From: Candidatus Glassbacteria bacterium
GTDB taxonomy: Bacteria; Gemmatimonadota; CAZMKB01
Length of the DNA stretch: 46,662 nucleotides
Reading direction: 5' to 3'
Assembly (NCBI GenBank): GCA_046760905.1
Contig: JBHIFB010000004.1
Coordinates: forward strand, 1-46,662
The first letter of the stretch is position 1. Each line of letters starts with the position of its first letter. The position numbers and the translations under genes are program-made. The notes beneath the pieces are model-generated. The model was not told where the DNA came from, ran no database searches, and saw only the letters and a program-made list of their open reading frames with translations. Shown here in pieces: positions 35,847-46,662 of this stretch.

Positions 35847-37553
35847 TTATTCAACATAACCGAGTGCTCGTAATTGTTGTTTTTCGATCTCCCCTGTATG
35901 TTTCATCAATCGTCGGTTCCAACGGCTAATATCGAGGGAGGAGCTCGATGCTGAGATGATCGTCGGCGTCTCCCAGAGAGCGAAACTGTCATCATGTGGC
36001 TCATGTGATGTATCACTGTTTTTTGCTTCGAGGCAAAGATTTATGTATTGATAGGCGTAATCATGTAACGGATATTGCCTTTTGATCCAGGCAGGATCAT
36101 AGTGAGCATTCAAAGTATCCTGCAGAATAACCTTCTCTGAAGATCCCGGCGCTTGTAATGTAATTCTGAAGATCGCACTCGGGTCAAGGTCATATTTGTC
36201 GAACTTTCCTCCGAAATCCAGTCCGTAAGCGACTGTAAGTGTCGCTTCCGGCGGGATGAGCAACCGCCTGCACATGTCATTCTTGAGAAGAATCTTCTTC
36301 CTGTTGCCCTCTATCCTCCTCTCCGAGTATTCATACATGAGAGCAAACTCATACAGGTTCTTGTCGATGTACGGCTGATCCGGTGTGGGATACACCGGCT
36401 TCTCAACGGGTCTGGGCAGTGTGGCGAACTGCGGGCTATAATCGTAGGGAACCCTCTGTGACCGGCGGACTACGAAAGGAGGTGTCCACTGCCAGACGAT
36501 TTCACGCTCGGGATTTATCTCAAATGCCCGATGACTCACACTCGATGAAATCAATATGTTGCCATTTGGAAGAATCTGTTCGGAACCACCTCTGTAAGAG
36601 AAGAAGTACTTGGATTCATACTTGCATACACACGTGCCATCATGCGGATTCACCTCTTCTATCCTGCTTTGCCTATAACGATAGAGGTTCATGCGGCCGT
36701 TATTGAATAGGAGGATGTGTCCTTCTCCCGGATAATTTCGGTCAATCATCAAAGCCTCATGCTGGTTATCCAAGGCGTTGTCATATTGCCAGACTATATC
36801 TCCCGTCTTCCTGTCCACTATGAAAATGCTATTGAGATTTCTTGCGCTCACAAGAAGATTGCCAGGTCTGAAACGGAGGTCTCCACCTTCATACCATTTG
36901 TTCGTCTGTATTTCCTGAACCGAGTTGAAATGCGTTGGATCTTTACTTGATGAGATCTTTCCTCGGAAGTATTCGTCCAGGTAATCGCTTGAATGCCACT
37001 CCCAAACCACTGCCCCGGCTCTGTCGATCTCCAGCAGGTAGTCGGTTCCATCCATAGAATCCCTATAGATGAGGAGGATGTTGCCGTTTTTCAGCATTAT
37101 GAAATCGTGGTGAGGAAAATCGTTCCTGTTGCTGTGTCTGAACTCCCATTTCAACCGCCTATCCCAATCATATTCTTTGAGGCTGTTATCTATTCCCAGG
37201 ACCAGCAACTTTCCATCCCTTCCCAACCTCATTCTGTATCTTCCCTTCACATTATACCAGCAATGAACGATATTCCCGTTCATGTCCATGAGCGCAGGTA
37301 TCCTGCTTTTTAAGAATACAAGGTTATATCCATTAAAGCTTTTTTCGGGATAATAAACCGTGACCCATTTATCAGGTTCCTGTTCAGAAATGAATTCAGT
37401 GAACTCCTCATTGGAGCTGAAAAATCCCGTATTATCCTGCACGGCTGATCCGTACCTTTTCTCTTTCATGTGATTCTTAATGTAACTAAGCGAGAATGAC
37501 CCAAGAACGATTATGAGGAAGATCGTTAGTGATATTTTTTTGTTTCTGCTCAT
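35847..37553 (-). CDS. Arylsulfotransferase (ASST) family beta-propeller protein
   Basis: PEKSFNGYNL, LMDMNGNIVH.W, PHHDF..L.NGN, THFNS, LLVSARN, QHEA, LFNNG and LPNGNILI motifs; N-terminal anchor; ends QQLRALGYVE. Confidence 0.85.
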   Translation of the reverse strand: MSRNKKISLTIFLIIVLGSFSLSYIKNHMKEKRYGSAVQDNTGFFSSNEEFTEFISEQEPDKWVTVYYPEKSFNGYNLVFLKSRIPALMDMNGNIVHCWYNVKGRYRMRLGRDGKLLVLGIDNSLKEYDWDRRLKWEFRHSNRNDFPHHDFIMLKNGNILLIYRDSMDGTDYLLEIDRAGAVVWEWHSSDYLDEYFRGKISSSKDPTHFNSVQEIQTNKWYEGGDLRFRPGNLLVSARNLNSIFIVDRKTGDIVWQYDNALDNQHEALMIDRNYPGEGHILLFNNGRMNLYRYRQSRIEEVNPHDGTCVCKYESKYFFSYRGGSEQILPNGNILISSSVSHRAFEINPEREIVWQWTPPFVVRRSQRVPYDYSPQFATLPRPVEKPVYPTPDQPYIDKNLYEFALMYEYSERRIEGNRKKILLKNDMCRRLLIPPEATLTVAYGLDFGGKFDKYDLDPSAIFRITLQAPGSSEKVILQDTLNAHYDPAWIKRQYPLHDYAYQYINLCLEAKNSDTSHEPHDDSFALWETPTIISASSSSLDISRWNRRLMKHTGEIEKQQLRALGYVE

Positions 37554-37593
37554 CTTTCAACGATTGCAAGTTTCCTATATCACTTGCTTATTT

Positions 37594-37622
37594 ATTATAC
37601 TGGAATCGGCAAACTAAATCAA
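37594..37622 (-). promoter_or_regulatory. sigma70-type promoter for the arylsulfotransferase gene
   Basis: Minus strand TTGATT-17 bp-TATAAT, 40 bp before ATG 37553. Confidence 0.55.
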
Positions 37623-38321
37623 CTATACGGGGATTGGATTTTCCACAGTACCCTTTCATGGCCTTTCTCAAATTCCGGATCATTATCCATGCAACTTACT
37701 GGATATATCCCTATTATATTGAATGATCAAGGATTGCCGGGAAAACTTCTCTACGTCGTCTTTTTTCCAGTTGTCATGTGGTATGGAGTTGGAAAGGATT
37801 ATTCATCGATCGAAGGTGAGGTGAAGCAATTACTCTGCTTGAAGTGAGGGTGCGATTGATAAGACCCTTGAGTTCAGAAAAAAAATACGAACTCATATGT
37901 GATAACCTTCTCGTACGCGTGCTCTACTAAGATGAGATCATAGGAAACTCCAGAGCAACCGATTATGAGTTGAAGAAATTCTGATAGGAACAAGTTTGAT
38001 GTAGACCATGTCAAAGACAGAGGCATATTAGTGAAGTGGAGTAATGATTATGGCGAAGAACAAGGGAAAACAGTACTTGTAAAAATTGAAAAAGCTTTAC
38101 AGGCTTAATGTGTAAGTGCCGATTTTACAGAACTTAAAAAACACTCGGAGAATGACCTGACTTCGCAGGTCGGGGGTTATCCAGGATATATAAAGAGTGG
38201 GGAAAACCCCCTGTTTTGTAGGTGAGTCGATCTTCTCGCTAGAAGCAGGTGGTATTATAGAGAGTCAATTCGGCTTCCATTCGGCTGCTTAATAATCAGG
38301 TTGGATAAAACCGGTTTTCAA

Positions 38322-41300
38322 TTAATGAGCCGGGAGGGGAGGTTTCTCAATGAGCGCACACCCGCTTCTCCCGTCGATTGTAATTATAAGGGGCGCCGGC
38401 AGCCGAATGTGTCTCACGTATTTCATCTCTTCGTGAGGGTTCTGGTTGTTGAGCCATTCCCAGTCGATGTAGCTGTCGTCGGAGTTGAAAGTTGTATTGA
38501 TGTAACCTATGCCCTTTGAGACGATGTTCTGGAAAAAGTGAGTTCCCTGGGAGGGTTCGACGTTGAATCCTTTAAGCGCTGTCTCCACCATGACCTTAAC
38601 ACCGGAAATCTGGCTCCAGCGCACAGGTACTCCGAGCCATCTGTCCTGTGTGCCCCATCGGCCCGGTCCAACCAATATGTATGATGAGTCCGACGAGACA
38701 AGTTTTTCGTTTATCATTCCCACTTCCTCGGCGATTGCGACTGTTTTTGAAGCGTCGAATTTCCCGGGTGGTATGTATACGATGTCCCTGATCGAGTCGG
38801 TAATTCCATGTCCGAGGGCCTTGCGAGAACGGAGTAGTACTTTCTCCAACCTTAAATTTTCATCGAGCGATATCTCACGGGCTTCATACGATGGCGCGAG
38901 CGGCCTTATCTGCAGCACGACGAGCGTGGGGGGAGTCGAACGGTTCCTGTCGAAGTTGACCGCGAATTCGATTTCGACAGGGCATCCCATGCCCGTCTTT
39001 ACGATGTGCAGCAGCTCGTGGAGAAGGGGGGCGAGGGGGAAGACATTGTATTTCAGGATCCCGGCAAATGTTATTAGTATCGGACCATCATCTGAGAGAC
39101 CGTCTCTTATCATTCCGTCATCCCTGTCGTATGTGCTTGCCACATATTCGAGTGTTCCATCGCTTCTGATATCTGCGATATTGATCCTTTTCAGGGTGCT
39201 GTCATCTTTCTCGGAGAGTGTAAACTCTTTTCTGGATGTGTCCAGCACATATAATGTCCTCTGTGAATTCTCGAACGCTTGCTCTGGAGTTGAGAATTCA
39301 GGTATGATTTCTGGATAGCGAGGAGAAAACCTGAGAGCCGATTCACCGCTACTGACTATCCTTCCAAGACCCACGGCGACGCTCGCGATACCGTCTTCGA
39401 AAGTTTGGTGGGAAACAGGATAGAAATTGTATGATTGTGCCACGCCAGAAAAAGTGGGATAGAACCGCCCACCGTAATCGTTGCCGACAAGCTCCTGAAT
39501 GATAACAGCCATCTTTTCTTCCTCGATCTTCGATGGAGTTGATTCGATGTATCTCCTTGGTTCTTCGAAGAACACGGAGGCATACACTAGCTTAATAGCC
39601 TGGCATAGCTGACGCAGCCGTATGTTGTCGTTGGTATGATTGTTTGGGAGCATGTAGGTCGAGTAGAGCCCTGCGAACGGGTGGTGCTGAGAGTCTTCAA
39701 GGAGTGTCGAGGACCTCACGGCCAGTGGAGACTTGAAGTGTTGCAGGAGTCTTGCAAGATTCTTCTTCAATTCCTTGTGAATTTTGCTGTGAAGGAAAGC
39801 CCTTGCTATTTCATGATCACTGGCGTCTTGTCTGTCAACGAATTTCCAGAGCTTGTTATCCGATACGAACCTCTCGAACTCCAGTGTCCCTATGACAACG
39901 GTACTCGGGACGATGACATTGACATTCTTATGCCTTTTCCCCAGATTGTATCGCGCAAGGAGCGATCGCATGAAGGCGATGCCTCGCCCTTTTCCACCGA
40001 GGGAATCACCGGTTAGCCTTGTGAATGATGAATCGAACTCAAATTTCTGCTGCGAGAAGTCGGTGATGGCACCGAGCTGTTTTTCCCTTCGGCTCTCATT
40101 GAAGACATCCAGGAGATATTTCCTGACTTCGTTGAGGTTAGTGAAATCAGAGGCCTTCTTGGGTCGTAATTTCATCGCAGGTTTGAACTCACATCTAGCA
40201 AAGAGCCAGTTTGAGAAATCGTTACGATCCGCATGATACTGAATGGACTCGAGCGGAACTTTCTGAAGGGTCTGAACGAATTGTTGCATGTTTGATGCAC
40301 GAGCAATCACGGTTGTTTCGCTGTGAATCTCCTCCGGGGTTTCTATCCCGTGCTCTGTATTGCGTTTCTTCCTTTTCGGTCTGAGGAATATGAAGTCCCC
40401 GAATCCGAGATGGTTTAGGAGAAAATGCTGGAATTCCGCCTGTAAGTTGGGAGAATTCTTGTTCAGGAAATAGGTTCCAATGGCCTCCGATTTTTCTCTT
40501 TTCTCCGGCTCGGCGGATTGCATCAGAATCGGTATGAACCTCGATTCCTTCCTGACCAGCCGGCTGAACTCATAGCCGGCGTTGGGGTCCATCTTTCCTC
40601 TCCGTTCGAATCGCACGTCGGTGATGATTCCCAGCACGTATTCTTTGTACTGCTTAAAGAGTGCCGCTCCTTCCTCGAACGTCCGAGCAAGTAAGATTTT
40701 CGGACGGGCTCTTCTCGTAAGCATGCGCTGCATTTCGTTTAGATCTTCGGAAATGGCTCGCTGGGTCTGTCGTACGATTTCGGTGTAAATCAGTGGGAGG
40801 AACATGGAATAGTAGTGAATGGAATCCTCCAGCATTATGAGGATCCGTACATTGCCATTTACGGTGTCGAAAGGGGCATTCCTCATGTCTTCGACATACT
40901 TGATGATGGCAAGAAAGAGTGTCGGGTCACCGGTCCAGTAGAATGCCCTGTCGATCCCTTTCCCATCGCGTTTCTTTTCTATGAGCCGCACGTCATCTGA
41001 ATCGATCGCCAGCAGGATCACCGGGAGAGTGAGATGCATTTCCTTTATCTTCCTGCCAAATTCGTAAGGATCCATCCCGATGTTCTTTGACATGGTGATG
41101 ACAAGATCGTACTGGTTTTCTCTGAGCTTCGACAGGGCTCTTTCACCGGAATGAACCCGAGTCACACGTGGCGGTGAGCTTAGGAGAAGATGACGATACT
41201 CTCCTATGATCAATTCGGAAATGAGGCCTTCCTCCTCGATTATGAATGCATCATACAGACTAGAAACAAGGAGAATGTCTCTGACCTTAAAAGGCATGAG

Positions 41301-41363
41301 GGTGTGAAACATCCTGCTCAACTGCTCATAATCGCCTTCATAGCCCCTGTTTTTTATATTCAT
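38322..41363 (-). CDS. Receiver-like domains fused to a PEP/pyruvate-binding (PPDK_N) domain
   Basis: Two CheY-like segments (ILLVSSLYD...YDLVIT; ILIMLEDS...IITDVRF...PILMQS), then SLGGKGRG, LAVRSSTLLEDS..PFAGLYSTY, MAVIIQE, PVEIEFA and LQIRP. No TSHAA phospho-His domain seen. Confidence 0.88.
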   Translation of the reverse strand: MNIKNRGYEGDYEQLSRMFHTLMPFKVRDILLVSSLYDAFIIEEEGLISELIIGEYRHLLLSSPPRVTRVHSGERALSKLRENQYDLVITMSKNIGMDPYEFGRKIKEMHLTLPVILLAIDSDDVRLIEKKRDGKGIDRAFYWTGDPTLFLAIIKYVEDMRNAPFDTVNGNVRILIMLEDSIHYYSMFLPLIYTEIVRQTQRAISEDLNEMQRMLTRRARPKILLARTFEEGAALFKQYKEYVLGIITDVRFERRGKMDPNAGYEFSRLVRKESRFIPILMQSAEPEKREKSEAIGTYFLNKNSPNLQAEFQHFLLNHLGFGDFIFLRPKRKKRNTEHGIETPEEIHSETTVIARASNMQQFVQTLQKVPLESIQYHADRNDFSNWLFARCEFKPAMKLRPKKASDFTNLNEVRKYLLDVFNESRREKQLGAITDFSQQKFEFDSSFTRLTGDSLGGKGRGIAFMRSLLARYNLGKRHKNVNVIVPSTVVIGTLEFERFVSDNKLWKFVDRQDASDHEIARAFLHSKIHKELKKNLARLLQHFKSPLAVRSSTLLEDSQHHPFAGLYSTYMLPNNHTNDNIRLRQLCQAIKLVYASVFFEEPRRYIESTPSKIEEEKMAVIIQELVGNDYGGRFYPTFSGVAQSYNFYPVSHQTFEDGIASVAVGLGRIVSSGESALRFSPRYPEIIPEFSTPEQAFENSQRTLYVLDTSRKEFTLSEKDDSTLKRINIADIRSDGTLEYVASTYDRDDGMIRDGLSDDGPILITFAGILKYNVFPLAPLLHELLHIVKTGMGCPVEIEFAVNFDRNRSTPPTLVVLQIRPLAPSYEAREISLDENLRLEKVLLRSRKALGHGITDSIRDIVYIPPGKFDASKTVAIAEEVGMINEKLVSSDSSYILVGPGRWGTQDRWLGVPVRWSQISGVKVMVETALKGFNVEPSQGTHFFQNIVSKGIGYINTTFNSDDSYIDWEWLNNQNPHEEMKYVRHIRLPAPLIITIDGRSGCALIEKPPLPAH

Positions 41364-41479
41364 CCGATGATCTCCACGGTTTCACTCGCGGTCACCCGAT
41401 TCTCCGATTCCAGGGAACGGAGAATGGCGTGTACAATTTTCACCTCCTTGACTCATCGCTCATACGAGTACTATATATT

Positions 41480-41508
41480 AATTTATCGACAATAGCTCCC
41501 GAGGTCAA
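41480..41508 (-). promoter_or_regulatory. sigma70-type promoter for the receiver/PPDK_N gene
   Basis: Minus strand TTGACC-17 bp-TAAATT. Confidence 0.5.
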
Positions 41509-41523
41509 CTCATCTTTACCGTT

Positions 41524-43153
<1,630 letters not shown>

Positions 43154-43341
43154 AATAACCTATAGTTCCTTGCCGCGATCCGATTGTCCCTGTTTGCTCC
43201 CACCAGAGAGAGGAATGGTCACGGGGTCCTGTCAAAGCATCCCTTCAAGGGGTGGACCACTCTTTTAAGAATAGACCTCCCCTTTTCGTTGTCTGTGAAG
43301 GTTACATTTACACAGTTAATTCACCAGAAATAATATAAAAG

Positions 43342-43387
43342 AATGGCAATGAAGAGGTTGACAAAATGGCAATGAATATGCTATTAT
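43342..43387 (+). promoter_or_regulatory. Overlapping sigma70 and sigma54 promoter candidates with a 12-bp direct repeat
   Basis: TTGACA (43358-43363)-18-TATTAT with TGn; TGGCAATGAATATGCT (43367-43382, GG-N10-GC); AATGGCAATGAA at 43342-43353 and 43365-43376. Confidence 0.5.
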
Positions 43388-43407
43388 TTTGTCGTATTTA
43401 ATGTGAT

Positions 43408-45726
43408 ATGAGTCATTTTTTCAAACCGGATGTGACAATGCTGAGACACAAGATAGCCGGGGAAAATATGGATATTATGTTCAATTCGGCTGCTCCTGAA
43501 ACGCCTCTAAAGAGAATTCTGGACCTCTTCATCAACCTCTCTGGTGCAACCGGTGGTTGCATCATGATAGCAGACCAGCATGGAGGGTTAAAAAAGATCA
43601 GAAAGAAATTCACGAGGGAGGCCTTCAGAGAGGTCAGCGAGAGGGTTGGTAAGGAAAAGACCGCAATAGAAGGACCTCTCCGGTTGGGAACCTCTGGAGG
43701 CAGCCTTATTCTATTGCAGATAGGTCCAAAGAACGAAGTGGCGGGATACATAGTCCTTGAGTTTCGCGGAGGAACCAAAGCCCCTCATGGAAAAGACGTT
43801 GACATCCTCTGTGGCCTTGCATCCCTCCTTCCAGGAGTCACAGCATTGTCACACTCGAGAGACGAGGTGAGAAGGAAACTCGAGGAGTATAAGAAAGTGT
43901 TCGAGAAGGCTCCTATCGGGATCCTTGTATTCGACCGGAAAGGTAATTTGACTTCCATCAATCCATTTCACACTGCCCGGCTGCGGGGTCGAGAGAGCAA
44001 AAACCTCCTGCAATCGGCTAACGTGTTCAAAGATGAATCGATTCGACAGGCTCGGTTGCAGGGCCATCTGCGGAAGCTTCTGGAGGGTGAATCGTTTGAG
44101 CTTTACAACCACCCGTTCACGACGAAGATCATGAGAAAGAAGGTATTCGTGGATGTCAGAGGAGTTCCACTCATTGATGAGGACGGAAGGGTTGACGGTG
44201 GTATCGTACTCATAAGTAATGTCACTGAGAAGGCGAAACTCGAAGAAGAACTGAGGGCTTCGCGGGATTACCTGACCAACATACTTGACTCTGTCGACAG
44301 TGAAGTCATGGTGGTGGACCGTGACTATAACATTGAACTCGTGAACGAAGCAATCGCGCGGAAATTTGCCCTGAACAAGGCACATATCAAGGGGATGAAA
44401 TGCTTCTCTGTACTTCACGGAAAGAGCTTCCCGTGCAGAGGCAGAAAAACGGATTGTCCGGTTGAGGACGTGTTCGCCGATGGGGCGTCCCGTACCAGAG
44501 TTCATCAGCATGAGGGCAAATATGGTCCTACTACAGTGGAAGTCCATTACTCTCCCATGAAAGATTCATCGGGACGGGTAATGAATGTGATCGTCGTCGC
44601 TCAGGATGTCACTGAGAGGAAGGCTCTCGAGCAAAAGTACAGGAACCGGGAGGCGTTGCTGGCAAACATCAGCTCTGATTCGGCTGATGCGATTTTCAGT
44701 CTTGATAACCAGGACAGGATCACCTCCTGGAATATAGGTGCACGGAGAATATTTGGATATGAGGAGAAACATGTCATCGGCAAGAGCATCGAGCTCCTCA
44801 TTCCTGATGAGGAGAGGAAAGAACAGCTCAGGGAGATGCGCAAGAGAGTTTACGGGGTAGGTTTCGTTCGTAACTTTGAGGCTCGGTGGGTAACAAGGCA
44901 TGGGCAGGAAGTGGACATAATCATCACCAGGACGGCTCTGAAGGATGAGAACGGTGATATAGTGGGGAGTTCTATTGTTATAAAAGACATAACGAGGCTC
45001 AAGAATATGGCAAAAGAGCTACTTCACGTGGAAAAGCTCGCGGTTCTGGGAAAGATGTCAGCAACGGTCGCCCATGAGATCAGGAATCCTCTCGGTTCGA
45101 TCACACTCAATCTCGATCTCCTGGAAGAGGAGATCGAAAATCTCAAGGATGATGGGGGACCCATGATCGCCGAGCTGATTTCTTCCATCCGATCTGAAAT
45201 AAAGAGGCTCTCCCTCTTATCGGATGACTATCTCAGATTCACACGGTATCCAAAGCTGAATATTACGAAGGTCAGCCTGGAGGAACTCGTCAACAATGCG
45301 ATCGGGCCTTATCGGGAACAATTCGCATCCCGGGGTATCGAGCTAAAAGTTATTGCTGAGAACGGTTCGGTCATGATATCGATAGACGAGCACCAGGCCA
45401 TACAGGCATTGAGAAACCTGTTGATCAATGCTTCCGAGGCGACACCGGCCGGCGGAATGATCACAGTACGGTTCACCACCCAAGACAGTGTCGTGGTGAT
45501 TCAGGTCTCGGATACAGGAACAGGGATCAAATCGAGCGAGCTGCCGCTCATCTTCGATCCATTCTTCACGACGAAGGAGAAGGGAACCGGCCTGGGTTTG
45601 TCGATCGTGAAGCAGGTGACGGACCTGCATGGCGGAAAGGTGGAATGTGAGAGCAGGAAAGGGGAAGGCAGTACATTTACGCTCTATTTTCCTGTTGACC
45701 CTCAGAGGGGAGGGGAAGATCTATGA
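43408..45726 (+). CDS. Multi-PAS sensor histidine kinase (NtrB-like)
   Basis: Degenerate GAF-like N-terminus, three PAS/PAC units, [20 protein letters not shown] and [13 protein letters not shown]. Alternative start ATG 43468. Confidence 0.93.
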   Translation: MSHFFKPDVTMLRHKIAGENMDIMFNSAAPETPLKRILDLFINLSGATGGCIMIADQHGGLKKIRKKFTREAFREVSERVGKEKTAIEGPLRLGTSGGSLILLQIGPKNEVAGYIVLEFRGGTKAPHGKDVDILCGLASLLPGVTALSHSRDEVRRKLEEYKKVFEKAPIGILVFDRKGNLTSINPFHTARLRGRESKNLLQSANVFKDESIRQARLQGHLRKLLEGESFELYNHPFTTKIMRKKVFVDVRGVPLIDEDGRVDGGIVLISNVTEKAKLEEELRASRDYLTNILDSVDSEVMVVDRDYNIELVNEAIARKFALNKAHIKGMKCFSVLHGKSFPCRGRKTDCPVEDVFADGASRTRVHQHEGKYGPTTVEVHYSPMKDSSGRVMNVIVVAQDVTERKALEQKYRNREALLANISSDSADAIFSLDNQDRITSWNIGARRIFGYEEKHVIGKSIELLIPDEERKEQLREMRKRVYGVGFVRNFEARWVTRHGQEVDIIITRTALKDENGDIVGSSIVIKDITRLKNMAKELLHVEKLAVLGKMSATVAHEIRNPLGSITLNLDLLEEEIENLKDDGGPMIAELISSIRSEIKRLSLLSDDYLRFTRYPKLNITKVSLEELVNNAIGPYREQFASRGIELKVIAENGSVMISIDEHQAIQALRNLLINASEATPAGGMITVRFTTQDSVVVIQVSDTGTGIKSSELPLIFDPFFTTKEKGTGLGLSIVKQVTDLHGGKVECESRKGEGSTFTLYFPVDPQRGGEDL

Positions 45727-46662
45727 CTGGCAAAGAGGGCACATCGCCTGAAGATAAAAAGGTAGTCCTCGTCGTTGATGACGATGACAATTTGAGGAGG
45801 AGTGTCGAAATATCTCTTAAGAAAGAAGGATACAGGACTCTCCTTGCAAGTAACGGTGATGAGGCCATTGAGATTCTTAGGGATAAAGAGGTCCACCTGC
45901 TCCTCACTGATCTCAAGATGCCGAAAACCGACGGCCTCGAATTGCTCAAAGCCGCGAAGGTGATCAGGCCCGAGGCAGAGGTGATTGTGATGACCGCCTA
46001 TGGTACGATTGAATCCGCTGTCGAGGCCATGAAGTACAATGCTTACGATTTCATAGAAAAGCCTTTCAACAGGCAGACGCTTTTGGCCCTCGTTAAGAAA
46101 GCCTTCGAAAAGCAATCGCTAATCATCGAGAACAGGCTCCTCAGAGAAAAGCTCATGGGAATCACTGAGAGGCCGCTCTTCATAGGAAACTCTGAAGCTG
46201 CACAACGGGTGATCGAGCTTGTTGAGCAGATCGCTTCGAGCAAAGCCACGGTCCTCATACAGGGGAAAAGCGGAACCGGAAAGGGTCTCGTCGCCAAGCT
46301 CATCCACCAGTTGAGCGGCAGGGAAGCGGAGCCCTTCGTACATGTGAGCTGTGCAGCGATACCCGAAACGCTGCTCGAAGCGGAGCTCTTCGGGTATGAG
46401 AAGGGGGCTTTCACCGGCGCAATCTCGCGAAAAGAGGGGAGGTTCGAAGTGGCCGGCGGTGGATCTCTATTTCTTGATGAGATTGGTGAGGTACCTCCAT
46501 CCACCCAGGTGAAGCTGTTAAGGGTACTTCAGGAGGGAGAATTTGAGAGAGTAGGGGGAGAAGAAACCATCAGGGTTGATGTGAGAATAATAGCTGCCAC
46601 CAACCAGAACCTATCCCAGGCCATAAAGGAAAAAAGATTCCGGGAGGACCTGTTCTACCGTC
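45723..46662 (+). CDS. sigma54-dependent response regulator (NtrC family), 5' part only
   Basis: Not in the ORF track; ATGA overlap with the kinase. [20 protein letters not shown], Walker [39 protein letters not shown] and FREDLFYR. Confidence 0.95.
   Translation, partial: MTGKEGTSPEDKKVVLVVDDDDNLRRSVEISLKKEGYRTLLASNGDEAIEILRDKEVHLLLTDLKMPKTDGLELLKAAKVIRPEAEVIVMTAYGTIESAVEAMKYNAYDFIEKPFNRQTLLALVKKAFEKQSLIIENRLLREKLMGITERPLFIGNSEAAQRVIELVEQIASSKATVLIQGKSGTGKGLVAKLIHQLSGREAEPFVHVSCAAIPETLLEAELFGYEKGAFTGAISRKEGRFEVAGGGSLFLDEIGEVPPSTQVKLLRVLQEGEFERVGGEETIRVDVRIIAATNQNLSQAIKEKRFREDLFYR

Noticed and set aside
37584-38108. AT-rich stretch with an 87-aa ORF and a broken frame ending ...VKIEKALQA*
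   Set aside because: Possibly a gene remnant, but I cannot assign a family; BLASTx would be needed.
38154-38213. Hairpins GACCTG-N6-CAGGTC and GGGGGTT...AACCCCC
   Set aside because: Could be the terminator of the PPDK_N gene, but there is no adjacent U-tract and no match to an RNA family I recognise.

Overview
A 46.7-kb chromosomal window from a diderm bacterium. The GWxTD protein, the DUF4384 protein, the short RpoD-type sigma factor, Pal and the sulfatase-like genes suggest an uncultured FCB-group or similar lineage; this is inference only. Most of the window is + strand housekeeping. Peptide uptake and catabolism: an Opp/Dpp-type binding protein with two permeases, two OPT transporters, an M20 peptidase, a PqqD-like protein, an Ald-like protein, a Leu dehydrogenase and GdhA. 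Envelope and stress: an ECF sigma/anti-sigma/Spy-like module, Pal, DegP, GWxTD and a LolA-like protein. Also present are two glgC paralogs and two two-component systems. The ORF track misses the 5' part of an SCO-family gene (1-309, minus), the 5' part of an NtrC-type regulator (45723-end) and several gene remnants. Bases 8450-12950 are a minus-strand accessory island that reads as a decaying integron cassette array without an integrase: about seven degenerate attC-like sites, cassette-type genes, and an antitoxin whose PIN toxin partner is destroyed. The least explained signals are: (1) a non-coding element with inverted-repeat ends present twice, 41 kb apart (475-593 and 41524-41604), each time just upstream of a leftward sigma70 promoter in a divergent intergenic region; (2) a shared C-terminal QQL[KR]ALGY[IV]E tail on two proteins of unrelated fold; (3) a secreted DUF4384 protein with a CxxCH motif and a Tyr/Trp-rich tract behind a sigma54-like promoter; (4) an M20-OPT-PqqD-Ald-like-LeuDH cluster whose Ald lacks the Lys75 active-site residue; (5) a receiver/PPDK_N fusion divergent from gdhA. 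No tRNA, rRNA, CRISPR array, integrase or transposase was recognised. All family calls come from motif recognition by eye, not from database searches.
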